From: an uncultured Anaerolineales bacterium | Lineage (GTDB): Bacteria; Chloroflexota; Anaerolineae; B4-G1 | Direction: 5' to 3' | DNA length: 64,000 nucleotides | Assembly: GCA_964542755.1 (NCBI GenBank) | Contig: CAZIWL010000001.1 | Coordinates: 48,234-112,233 of the forward strand | Shown here: positions 36,320 to 45,471 of the stretch, piece after piece | How the letters are laid out: the number at the start of each line of letters is the position of its first letter | How positions within the stretch are numbered: position 1 is the stretch's first letter | Notes under the pieces: generated by a model | What the model was told of the DNA's origin: nothing | The model's input: only the letters and a program-made list of their open reading frames with translations | The model's database searches: none | Translations under genes and position numbers: made by a program

Positions 36320-37333
36320 TCATCTATCGGTGGCAGCCAGTCCGGCGACCAAGAGATCTAGAGCGACCTCGGCTTCGATCTTGCCCGTCTTGATCTCCAC
36401 GTCGATTTCTGATAAGTGACGATAGACTTTCTCCAACTGCGCCGACGTGAAATGGACCGCCTGGTTGTGGAGTTTGCGGGCTGGGAAGGGATGGATGCCC
36501 AGCACCTTGGCGATCTGCTGGGGAGAGGCTCCATCGCTCTTCAGGGTCTTGACCTGGAGCAGCAGGCGGAACTGCCGAATGATCATTCCCAACAGGCCCA
36601 GCGGATGCTCACCCTCCTCGATCAAGCGGTGGAGCGTCTTCGAAGCGGTGCGGCCGTCTCGTTGCCCCAGCGCATCGACCATGTCGAAGATTACCGCATC
36701 CTGGGAGTATGGCACCAGGGTTTGCACATCCTCTGCAGTGACTGACCTCTCCCCGCCGCTGAACGTCACCAACTTGTCGATCTCTTGATCGAGCAGTCGG
36801 AGATTCGCACCTACCACAGAAGCTAGATGATGCGCTGCCCGGGGTTCGAGGCTACCACCGCGCTTCTGGGCCCGCCTGCGAATCCACTGGGGGAGTGATC
36901 TATCGTCCGGTTGGTCAAATTGCTTTTCGTATCCCCGCTCCTCTTGTCTTGCAAGGCGGACCACAGGGTGCCTGGAGGAGAGGGGTTTGTCTTCGACCAG
37001 GACCAGTCGTGTGGTCGGCGGCAGCTTGGGAAGGTAGTCGACCAGGGCATCCAGGAGCTCCTGCCTCTTCTCCGACAACTTACTACCCTTGCGGGCAGTC
37101 AGCCTCGACAAGAGCCCCTCGACGATGACGAGTCGTCTGTCCGCGAGGAAGGGGATGGCATCGCAGGCGTGGCGCAGCTTGCCTAATGTCAGCCTCTTGC
37201 CATCGAACACGGTCGTGTTCAGGTCCGTGGTCTCTCCGCCTCCCAGCCGGCGCTTGAAGTCGGCCAGGGTCTCCGACCGAGTGAACTCATCCTCGCCGTG
37301 GAGGACGTAGAAGGTGGGTGCAGGTTTCGTCAT
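36320..37333 (-). CDS. holA: DNA polymerase III delta subunit
   Basis: The N-terminus FYVLHGEDEF is typical of HolA; length and C-terminal helical domain also fit. Confidence 0.85.
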   Translation of the reverse strand: MTKPAPTFYVLHGEDEFTRSETLADFKRRLGGGETTDLNTTVFDGKRLTLGKLRHACDAIPFLADRRLVIVEGLLSRLTARKGSKLSEKRQELLDALVDYLPKLPPTTRLVLVEDKPLSSRHPVVRLARQEERGYEKQFDQPDDRSLPQWIRRRAQKRGGSLEPRAAHHLASVVGANLRLLDQEIDKLVTFSGGERSVTAEDVQTLVPYSQDAVIFDMVDALGQRDGRTASKTLHRLIEEGEHPLGLLGMIIRQFRLLLQVKTLKSDGASPQQIAKVLGIHPFPARKLHNQAVHFTSAQLEKVYRHLSEIDVEIKTGKIEAEVALDLLVAGLAATDR

Positions 37334-37411
37334 CTTGCCATGGCAGTGCCGACTGGCGTCGAGCTACCCCGCGTAGCGAGAAGACCAGCTACTCTCCCCA
37401 TCGCGGTCCGT

Positions 37412-37948
37412 CTAGCCCTTCGTCCGCACCAGGTGGATCGTCGTTCCGGCTCGGCTGCTCTTGGTGGCGCTGGTGATCTGCAGGTTGCCTACGTCGGCCT
37501 TCGTCGTCACGCGAGCCTGGAACGCCGTGCCCAGGGGTCTCGATGCGATGACGCCCAATGTCCCGACAGCGCAGGCCAGGGGGAGCCTGGACAAACGCTC
37601 AAGCACACCTTCGTTCTCGTCCTTGGTCATACCCCCCAGCGCCAGGAACGCCCCCAGCCCCGCGATGACCCCGGCGACGGCGTAGTTGGAACCGCAGTTG
37701 GGGTGAACGGCCAGGCCTCGTTGTCCCGCTTTCAGCCGTCTGAGTCCGTCCTGAGCGGCCTCCAGGAGCTCCCGGGTGTCGACGTCCCCGTAGACCGTGA
37801 ACCCCCAGATGGACGAGCGGCCCATCAGTCTCACGTTTCCTCCCCGTTCAGCGAGAATCTGTAGCGTCGCGTGCTCCAGGGCATGATTCCTGCGCACACT
37901 GGAGATGGCGGGGAGATCCAGGAACGATGAGAGAAGTCCTCCACTCAT
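37412..37948 (-). CDS. conserved hypothetical protein, family not recognised
   Basis: Start moved to MSGG (RBS GGAGG). NHALEHATL and HPNCGSNYAV motifs are present. Confidence 0.5.
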   Translation of the reverse strand: MSGGLLSSFLDLPAISSVRRNHALEHATLQILAERGGNVRLMGRSSIWGFTVYGDVDTRELLEAAQDGLRRLKAGQRGLAVHPNCGSNYAVAGVIAGLGAFLALGGMTKDENEGVLERLSRLPLACAVGTLGVIASRPLGTAFQARVTTKADVGNLQITSATKSSRAGTTIHLVRTKG

Positions 37949-38794
37949 TTGTCCTCCGTTCGTCATACGACCCGACACCGGCGTGATCCATCTCTGGTTG
38001 GGAAAGGGGGCGACATGCGGCGTCACCGGAGATGTCTTGAAACAGCCGGTGCCCTCCCTATCCCAAACAGCTGCTCATACTGTGCGTACCTGGTGCGAAA
38101 CACCCCTGGTCGGGATCAGACTTCCCCGGCGGCGAACCCACCAGGCCCTCATCCGATGGCATGTTCCCTTCCCCCCGCATGCTCTTCCTCGGTCCCGAGG
38201 AAGCCACCGGTCGTTCGTAGCCGTCGCAGTCTGGAGCCGATCGACTCCCGCTCAGGATGGCCGGGACTCCCCCAGACGTGTCCAACGGAATCGATCCTGC
38301 GGCATGCACCTCATCTACAGGGAGGGCGCCAGGTCTGTCCAGCCTGCGGGCTGCAAGACGGCCCTCTCTCGCCCACCAGCGGAGATCCGCGTGCCACCGC
38401 TGCTCGGTCTCGCTCCTCCGGTGATTATACTCGGCGAGAACCGTTGCGACAAGAACTATCATGCGTCAGGTGCGCCCGAGACTCGTCAAGGTTTGCAGGA
38501 GTCCTGGGGTTCCGGATCATCCGACATCCTGGGAGGGGCCTATGCGTTGTAGGCGTCTCGCTGCGATCAGAGTGCATTGCGCGAGACACCTTACGCCCGG
38601 GGCTAGTGCTTGACGTGGGTGACAAGTCACCAGCGCACCGCTCGACGATGCCTTGTCCTACTCCGACCTCAGGCACACGTTCGCGACGCAGGGCGGGTCG
38701 ATGGAGGGAGCGGACGTGATGAGGGAGAGCCTGAGGCTCACCGCGTCTGGGACTGTTCGGCGGAGGACCCAGCGCTCGATTGCCTTGAGGGGCC

Positions 38795-38823
38795 TTCCCT
38801 GCCCTCTGCCTTGGTGTTATAAT
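38795..38823 (+). promoter_or_regulatory. extended -10 promoter (TGTTATAAT) with a weak -35
   Basis: TGnTATAAT lies about 50 nt upstream of the protease gene. Confidence 0.35.
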
Positions 38824-38875
38824 ACCTCCCTTGGCAAAGTGAAGATGTGCATCAAGAAAATGCGGGAGTGACAGA

Positions 38876-40888
38876 ATGGAGACGACCAAACTTCTGATTG
38901 TGGCAGCAGTCCTGGTTCTGCTTGTGGCCATCGTCTGCTGCTGCTGTGCAGGAGGCGCGTTTATGTTGACCAACGCGGGGGAATTCCCGAGCCTACCCGA
39001 GATCGAGGTGACCGTGCCCTCTCTCAACTTCGAGACGGCAACCCCCGCTCCTACACCGGAGGTCAATCGGGATCCGGCAGGCAATCTCGGTGAGGAGACA
39101 GAGGCCTTGCTGGAGGAGACGGTGATCCCGGAGCGCGATCTCCACGAGCTGGCGATCCGCTTGCGGGGGCTCCCGGCTGATACCCCCCGCGCGGTGGAGG
39201 CCTCGGAGGTGCGAACCTTTGAGGTGGGGGATCGTCGACTCTTCCACGCCTCGAACGTCGACACGGAGGAACAGTTTGACCTCTACGCGACGCTCAGGTA
39301 CAGGACCGACCACGTCTATATGTGGGTGGAGGAAGGCGAGCCGATCAACGAGGCAAATCTGAAGGCAGCCGCTGACCTCTTCGAGGAACAAACGTATCCA
39401 ACGAACCGGGCGTTCTTCGGTAGCGAGTGGACCCCAGGGGTCGACGGCGACCTGCGCCTGAGCATTCTCCACGCCACGAATCTGGGTAACTCCGTCGCCG
39501 GATACTACTCCAGCGCCGACGAGTTCGTGTCTGAGGTTCGCGATGACTCGAACGAGATGGAGATGTTCTACATCAATATCGACAACGTCTCGGTGAACAG
39601 CGCCTTCTACAACGGGGTCCTGGCGCACGAGTTTCAGCACATGATCCATTGGCACAATGACCGGAATGAGGAGACGTGGCTGAACGAGGGCTTCTCGGAG
39701 CTGGCGACCTATCTGAATGGATTCGACGTCGGAGGTTCTGACTATCTCTTCGCGGATGCGCCGGACACGCAGCTGAACTCGTGGCCTTCTGGTCCGGGCG
39801 CGGCAGGGCCCAATTATGGAGGAGCCTATCTGTTCACGTCCTATTTTCTGGATCGATTCGGCTCCGATGCCACGCAGGCGCTTGTCGCCCACCCGGAGAA
39901 CTCCTTTGCCAGTGTAGAGATCGTGCTGCGCGAGCAGGGGAGCGATCTGACGTATGAAAACCTGTTGGGCGACTGGGTCGTGGCCAACTTGTTGGACGAT
40001 CCAGACATCCTCGACGGCCGGTACGGGTATGAGGACATCGATCCGCCCGCTGTCGACGTCGAGACGACCTACTTCGACAACGCCTACCCGGTGTCGGAGC
40101 AGGCGATGGTCCATCAGCACGGCACGGACTACATAGAGCTTCAGGGACGTCAGCCGCTCACCCTCACCTTCACGGGGTCGACGCAGGTGGGCCTCGTCGA
40201 CACGTCGGCGCACAGTGGGCAGTATGTCTGGTGGTCGAACCGCGGCGATGACTCCAACATGACGCTCACGCAGGCCTTTGACCTGTCAGGGCTCGAGGAG
40301 GCCACCCTCTCCTACTGGACCTGGTACCACATAGAGAAGGACTGGGACTACGCCTACGTGGAGGCGAGCACCGACGGTGGGGCGACCTGGGATATCCTGG
40401 AGACCCCCTCGGGGGTGGGGACGAATCCTAACGGCAACTCCTTTGGCTGGGCCTACACGGGCAAGAGTGGCGGGGGTGACACACCCGAGTGGATTGAGGA
40501 AGAGGTGGACCTCACCGACTACGCGGGCCAGGAGGTCGTCATTCGCTTCGAGTACATCACCGATGACGCGGTGACGCAGCCGGGCTTCGTCCTGGACGAC
40601 GTGTCCATCCCCCAGATTGGCTACTTCAGCCACCTTGAGGAGGACGGAGGAGACTGGGAACCCGCTGGTTTCATCCGCCACGCCAACGTGCTCTCGCAAG
40701 AGTGGCTGGTTCAGATGATCCTCTTTGGCCCGGATGCGACGGTAACCCGCCTCGAGCTTGGGCCAGATCAGACCGGCGCGTGGAGCGTCCCTCTGGCCCG
40801 CGACACAGATCGCGCGGTCATCACCGTGACCGGAATGGCGCCGGTGACGACGGAACGGGCGTCGTACAGCTACGAGGTGACGGAGTAG
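38876..40888 (+). CDS. membrane-anchored zinc metalloprotease (gluzincin HEXXH...NEGFSE; InhA/MAM-like C-terminal domain)
   Basis: N-terminal TM anchor containing CCCC; HEFQHMIHW...WLNEGFSELA; C-terminal DWDYAYVEASTDGGATW beta-sandwich motif. Confidence 0.7.
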   Translation: METTKLLIVAAVLVLLVAIVCCCCAGGAFMLTNAGEFPSLPEIEVTVPSLNFETATPAPTPEVNRDPAGNLGEETEALLEETVIPERDLHELAIRLRGLPADTPRAVEASEVRTFEVGDRRLFHASNVDTEEQFDLYATLRYRTDHVYMWVEEGEPINEANLKAAADLFEEQTYPTNRAFFGSEWTPGVDGDLRLSILHATNLGNSVAGYYSSADEFVSEVRDDSNEMEMFYINIDNVSVNSAFYNGVLAHEFQHMIHWHNDRNEETWLNEGFSELATYLNGFDVGGSDYLFADAPDTQLNSWPSGPGAAGPNYGGAYLFTSYFLDRFGSDATQALVAHPENSFASVEIVLREQGSDLTYENLLGDWVVANLLDDPDILDGRYGYEDIDPPAVDVETTYFDNAYPVSEQAMVHQHGTDYIELQGRQPLTLTFTGSTQVGLVDTSAHSGQYVWWSNRGDDSNMTLTQAFDLSGLEEATLSYWTWYHIEKDWDYAYVEASTDGGATWDILETPSGVGTNPNGNSFGWAYTGKSGGGDTPEWIEEEVDLTDYAGQEVVIRFEYITDDAVTQPGFVLDDVSIPQIGYFSHLEEDGGDWEPAGFIRHANVLSQEWLVQMILFGPDATVTRLELGPDQTGAWSVPLARDTDRAVITVTGMAPVTTERASYSYEVTE

Positions 40889-40948
40889 AACGCCGTACGA
40901 TGGTCCGCGGCGGACCCCCGGGTGTCCGCGTGGGTTGGGCCGCGGGTA

Positions 40949-42079
40949 CTAGTAGTGGATATTGACCAGCGTGCCCACCGAGGACCATTGGAAGAGCCAT
41001 TGAGCCTCAGGGGTGGGTAGGTTGATGCACCCGTGGCTCATGGGATGGCCGAAGTTGCTGTGCCAGTAGGTGCCGTGGATGCCGTAGCCGCGATAGAAGT
41101 ACATCGTGTATGGGACATCGCGGAGATAGTAATCGGGCCCGCTCATATCGTCGTATCGCAACTTGATGTAGATCTTGTACTGTCCTACCGGCGTCGGTGT
41201 GTTGGGCAGACCGGTCGAGACGGGGGTCGAGCGCACGGGCGTCTGTCCCTCGTAGGCCGTTAGCACCTGACGGCTCAGGTCGACGTCGATCCAGCGCACG
41301 TTGCCGCCTAGAGAGGACCGCGCCGGCGACAGCTCGTCGGGCGTGGGCGTGGGGGGTGGGTCCGTCGGCTGCGGCGTCGCCGTTGGCTGAGGAGAGGACG
41401 TCCGGGAGGGCGATGGCGTCGGCGAAGGCGTAGCGGTCGGTGTCGAGCTTGGTGTCGGTGTGGCTGTCGGCGAGGGCGTGCTGGTGGCCGTCGGCGCGGC
41501 GGATGGCGTGGAGGTAGGTGTCGAGGTTGGATTTGGAGTTTGGGTCGGCCTCGGGGAGGGCGTTGGCGTGGCCGTTGCAGTCGGTGTCGCGCTCGGCGGT
41601 GCGGCCTTGGCTGCGATGATGGGCAGCTCTTCGGGCGAATACCAGGCCACCACCAGGAACACGCCCAGAACAAAGGCGATGATGGACCCGATGGCGGCCA
41701 GCGGCAGCAGACGACGCCACCCAGAGGGGGTATTCTCTTGCGATGGCTCGGGCGGTAAAGGATGCAGTGACCCTGATGCCCCCGGTGGTGCAGAGGGTAC
41801 GACGTCCGATGGGTGGTGTGGTGTATGCCTTGAGGCCGCCCACTCGCGGGCTGCGAGTGCTCGCTCGTCATCGGGGGCGATTTTCAGAGCACGCTCGACG
41901 TATGCCAGGCTTGCGCCAGGGTCCTCACTCAGCCAAGCCATCCACAGCAACGCCGGTAGGTTGGAGGGATCCCGCTGCAGCGCGTCACGAAAGACTCGTC
42001 GGGCCTCGGCCTTCTCCCCCGATCGTGCAGCTTCCTCTCCTTCTCTCAGTAGCGCGCTAGTTTCTAGCTCCATAGGCAC
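40949..42079 (-). CDS. L,D-transpeptidase (YkuD domain) with N-terminal TPR, a TM segment and a long PT-rich linker
   Basis: Catalytic HGCINL motif at the C-terminus and a PT-rich low-complexity spacer. Confidence 0.8.
   Translation of the reverse strand: MPMELETSALLREGEEAARSGEKAEARRVFRDALQRDPSNLPALLWMAWLSEDPGASLAYVERALKIAPDDERALAAREWAASRHTPHHPSDVVPSAPPGASGSLHPLPPEPSQENTPSGWRRLLPLAAIGSIIAFVLGVFLVVAWYSPEELPIIAAKAAPPSATPTATATPTPSPRPTQTPNPTSTPTSTPSAAPTATSTPSPTATPTPSSTPTATPSPTPSPSRTSSPQPTATPQPTDPPPTPTPDELSPARSSLGGNVRWIDVDLSRQVLTAYEGQTPVRSTPVSTGLPNTPTPVGQYKIYIKLRYDDMSGPDYYLRDVPYTMYFYRGYGIHGTYWHSNFGHPMSHGCINLPTPEAQWLFQWSSVGTLVNIHY
41329..41587 (-). repeat. low-complexity Pro/Thr/Ser/Ala linker-coding repeat (ACN/CCN/GCN codons)
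   Basis: Seen in the sequence; lies inside the L,D-transpeptidase CDS. Confidence 0.6.
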
Positions 42080-42279
42080 CTGTCTGGATCAAGGTGTTGC
42101 GACTCGCCATCCGACTGCGTTGGCCAACCCTCCGATCAGGACGGCTTTGGGTAGCCGGGCGGCTGGACCTGTGGTCTCTCCAGTGACTGGACGCAAATCC
42201 GAGCATCGTCGGGGCGAGTGTAACACCGCAGACCGAGGGTGTCAATCGGTGGCTGTGCGGTGTCCGGAAGGAAGTCGAC

Positions 42280-43224
42280 GTGATACCTAGGCCTGTTCAT
42301 TCGTCAGCGCCCGGCAAGGTCATCCTCTTTGGCGAGCACGCCGTGGTGTACGGGGAACCGGCTGTCGCCGTGCCGGTGACCGAGGTAGAGGCTAGGGCAT
42401 CCGTCGTCCCCGCCCAGATGGGGCGTGGGCTCACGTTGGTGGCCTCCGACCTGGGTGAATCCTTCGCCTTGAACCGGGCGCCCGAAGGCGAGCCTCTCGC
42501 GCTGGCGGCCCGATTGACCCTGGACTTCCTAGGCGTGTCGCCCCCTGATGCTACGCTCACCGTTCGTTCCACGATTCCCATCGCGAGTGGGTTGGGCAGC
42601 GGCGCCGCGGTCTCCACGGCCCTGGTAAGGGCCTTGGCGCACTTTTTGGGGCAGGCGCTGGAACCGGCGGAGGTGAGCACTCTCGTCTACGAGGTCGAGA
42701 AAATCCACCACGGCACACCCAGTGGGATCGACAACACCGTTATCGCCTATGGGCGGCCGGTCTACTTCGTCCGTGGGGTTCCGTCGGGGCCCATGCCCCT
42801 GTCCGTGGGAGCGCCCTTTTCTCTCTTGATCGGGGATACAGGGCTTCCCAGTCCCACCAGGCGGCTGGTCAGCAGCGTTCGTGCGCGCCGGGAGCAAGAT
42901 AGGACTGAGTGCGACGCTATCCTCAAGCGAATCGGGTCCATCGCACGGCGAGGCCGCCGGGCTGTGGAGGCGGGACAGGTCAGAAAGCTTGGGCCTCTAA
43001 TGACGGAGAATCATCGACTCCTTGTCGAGCTGGGCGTCTCGTCGTCCGCGCTGGACGCGCTAGTCGATGCTGCGCGTGAAGCCGGCGCACTGGGTTCCAA
43101 GCTCTCCGGGGCCGGTCAGGGGGGGAATATGCTGGCGCTGATCCCACCGAGCGCCGGAGGGCGTGTTGAACGCGCTCTGCGGGAGGCGGGCGCTGTGCGG
43201 GTCATCCGGACCGCTGTCGGCTAG
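42280..43224 (+). CDS. mvk: mevalonate kinase (GHMP kinase)
   Basis: PGKVILFGEHAVVYG N-terminus and the GHMP ATP motif PIASGLGSGAAV. Confidence 0.85.
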   Translation: MIPRPVHSSAPGKVILFGEHAVVYGEPAVAVPVTEVEARASVVPAQMGRGLTLVASDLGESFALNRAPEGEPLALAARLTLDFLGVSPPDATLTVRSTIPIASGLGSGAAVSTALVRALAHFLGQALEPAEVSTLVYEVEKIHHGTPSGIDNTVIAYGRPVYFVRGVPSGPMPLSVGAPFSLLIGDTGLPSPTRRLVSSVRARREQDRTECDAILKRIGSIARRGRRAVEAGQVRKLGPLMTENHRLLVELGVSSSALDALVDAAREAGALGSKLSGAGQGGNMLALIPPSAGGRVERALREAGAVRVIRTAVG

Positions 43225-43263
43225 GCGCGATCCGCCGTGCCGGCGGGTCACGCCTCCACCCAC

Positions 43264-43968
43264 TCACGCCTCCCGAAAGCGGGCTTCCAGCTCTTCCAAC
43301 AACTGGGCGGCTTCCACCAACTTGTCGAGGGGATTCTTCTCACCGGCGAAGTACCGGTAGTCGCACGGCATGATATCGAGCGTCTCAACCAGGTCATCGT
43401 GGCGGTCCCGAAGGGCACTTTCGCTGACCCCATAGAGATGTGCGATGTCCGACCGCTCCACGGGGCGCAAGTTCACCTTCCGCACGACGTAGTCGAGCGC
43501 AGCTGCCCACGCCCGTGGCTTCTGGATAACCAGGCTCCCGCGACCGTGCGCCACCCGGTACTCCAACCACATCTGCAGGGCAGCACCGATCTCCTCCACG
43601 GGCACATCGGCCTCAGTCATCCTATCCGTGAGAACGTGCTCTACGTCGTCCATCCCGCTGGAGAAGAGTTGCTCAAACCGCTCTGTCACGTCTGAGTCGG
43701 GCTCAAGCCTGATGAATTCTGCCAAGACGCGCAGGGCGTGGTCGTAATCACCACTCCGGGCCAGGGCCTGTGCGAGCGCCAACTGATGGTCAGGATTGTC
43801 GGGGTCAAGATCGACGGCGGCCTGGAGCTCCTCCACCGCCCGATCTACGTTCCACGCTCGGTAAGCCCCCATGCCGGCCGCTTGATGCTCCAGGGCCCGG
43901 CGGAGATCCTTGCGCTTGGTCTTTTCTCTGGCCATCACGTGTGCCCCCGTCGATATCTGGTAATGCAT
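43264..43968 (-). CDS. TPR-like hypothetical protein
   Basis: Start at MHYQ with RBS GGGAGAG; TPR-like helices. Confidence 0.5.
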   Translation of the reverse strand: MHYQISTGAHVMAREKTKRKDLRRALEHQAAGMGAYRAWNVDRAVEELQAAVDLDPDNPDHQLALAQALARSGDYDHALRVLAEFIRLEPDSDVTERFEQLFSSGMDDVEHVLTDRMTEADVPVEEIGAALQMWLEYRVAHGRGSLVIQKPRAWAAALDYVVRKVNLRPVERSDIAHLYGVSESALRDRHDDLVETLDIMPCDYRYFAGEKNPLDKLVEAAQLLEELEARFREA

Positions 43969-44248
43969 CGTTGGCTCTCCCGAAAAAAGGTGCTCACGGT
44001 GCCTGGCACTTGTCGAAGACGCCGTTGAAGTGCCTGGGACCTGCCCTTCGAAAGCTTCTTTCAGTAGAGCCATCGTTGCGCCACAATGGACGCTGATGCC
44101 GGATTATATCACGGCGAGGGAAGATGGACAAAGCCCAAAGCTGTTCCGGCACCGTTGTCCCTGGAATGGAATGATGTTATAATCGATGGTCCAGTTGACC
44201 ACCACGACATCAACGATTCCCCGCGGGTAGTCATCCGAGGAGTTAGCC

Positions 44249-45466
44249 ATGGTAACGAAGATCACGGATACGATGGACCTGTCTCAAGCGCTCCAGACGC
44301 TCAAGTGGCTGGATCAGGAGCGGCGCAAGGACAGGGCTATGATTTCGAAGCTGGAGGAGCGTCTACAGGAGCAAGAACGGAGGATCGCCAGAAAGACGGC
44401 CCAGATCGAGGAGCTTCAGGGGGCTCTCACGCGGCTTGAGGGCCGGCTGTCCAAAATCGACGAGTTTGAGCAGATGGTCTCCAATTACAAGAAGGAGATG
44501 ACCTTCCAGCTTGAGCGGCGCGACGAGGCCTCGCACAAAGAGCGCGCGGAGGCCAAGCGGCTCCGCCGACTGGAGCACGAGGCCATGAAGGAGCACCTCA
44601 ATCGCCTGGAGAAGGAGCTCCGCGTCCTGCCACGTTATGATGAGCAGTTGAATGCCCGTCAGGCCGAGGAAGAGCGCATGAGCGGGAAGATCCAGTCGCT
44701 GGAGTCCATAGTGGCCGACCAGGATAAGCGGATCGAGGATGCGACCAACGCTGTGGCCTATCTGGAGGAGCGGCGTCGCTCAGATCATCGTCGCTTGATT
44801 GAAGCTGAGCAGAGTTTTCCCAAGATTCACAAGAAGATCGATACCTTGGCCCAGAAGTTTCCACTTCTCGAGCAGAGCGTGCAGAAGCTGGCCCCCCGCA
44901 TCGACGAGGCTATTCAGATGGCGCGGAAGTGGGAGAAACCCATCGAAGAGCTCCGAGTCTCCGACTTCCAGCGCGAGCAGAAGATGCAGTCCTACGTCGA
45001 TCAGGCCGAGGCGGTGGCGGAGGAGCTGGAGCGCGTTCGGCAGCAGACCCATGGGTTTATCGAGCGTCGAGAACAGGTGAAGCGGGCGCTGAGTGCCCTG
45101 GAGAAATTCCGAACCCGGATCGAACGCCGTCAGGACGAGATGTCGGAGAGACAGCGCATTGCCGAGGAACGCGTCGAGCGCGAGTGGGAGGAGTGGCAGT
45201 CCGAGCGATCGAAGGAGCGTAAGAGGCGGGAGCTGGTCATCGAACAGCGGTGGCAGGCCCAGGAGGAGGTCGATACTGAGCAGGCCGGCCGCCTGGGCGC
45301 TCTCGAGGATCTGACAAAGCTGCAACACGTGCAGTTGGGCTCCCTATGGGAGGTCCAACGCGCTGATGCTAATGCGCTGTTGAGCGCCGCGCAGGATGTC
45401 TACGAGCAGTTGGTCGCCCCGATCGACGACCAGCTGGCGAGCCTACGCGGCGAAGGGCAGGAGTAG
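44249..45466 (+). CDS. coiled-coil protein
   Basis: Heptad-rich, E/R/K/L-rich throughout; RBS GAGGAG. Confidence 0.65.
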   Translation: MVTKITDTMDLSQALQTLKWLDQERRKDRAMISKLEERLQEQERRIARKTAQIEELQGALTRLEGRLSKIDEFEQMVSNYKKEMTFQLERRDEASHKERAEAKRLRRLEHEAMKEHLNRLEKELRVLPRYDEQLNARQAEEERMSGKIQSLESIVADQDKRIEDATNAVAYLEERRRSDHRRLIEAEQSFPKIHKKIDTLAQKFPLLEQSVQKLAPRIDEAIQMARKWEKPIEELRVSDFQREQKMQSYVDQAEAVAEELERVRQQTHGFIERREQVKRALSALEKFRTRIERRQDEMSERQRIAEERVEREWEEWQSERSKERKRRELVIEQRWQAQEEVDTEQAGRLGALEDLTKLQHVQLGSLWEVQRADANALLSAAQDVYEQLVAPIDDQLASLRGEGQE

Positions 45467-45471
45467 CGGCG

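Noticed and set aside
37949-38719. 256-aa plus-strand ORF in the gap before the protease gene
   Set aside because: Arg/Pro-rich junk translation with no RBS and no domain. The region is treated as non-coding or unknown.
41329-41587. PT-rich repeat region considered as a non-coding repeat or mobile remnant
   Set aside because: It is in frame within the L,D-transpeptidase CDS and encodes a Pro/Thr linker. A similar linker occurs in the SBP at 7191..8510.
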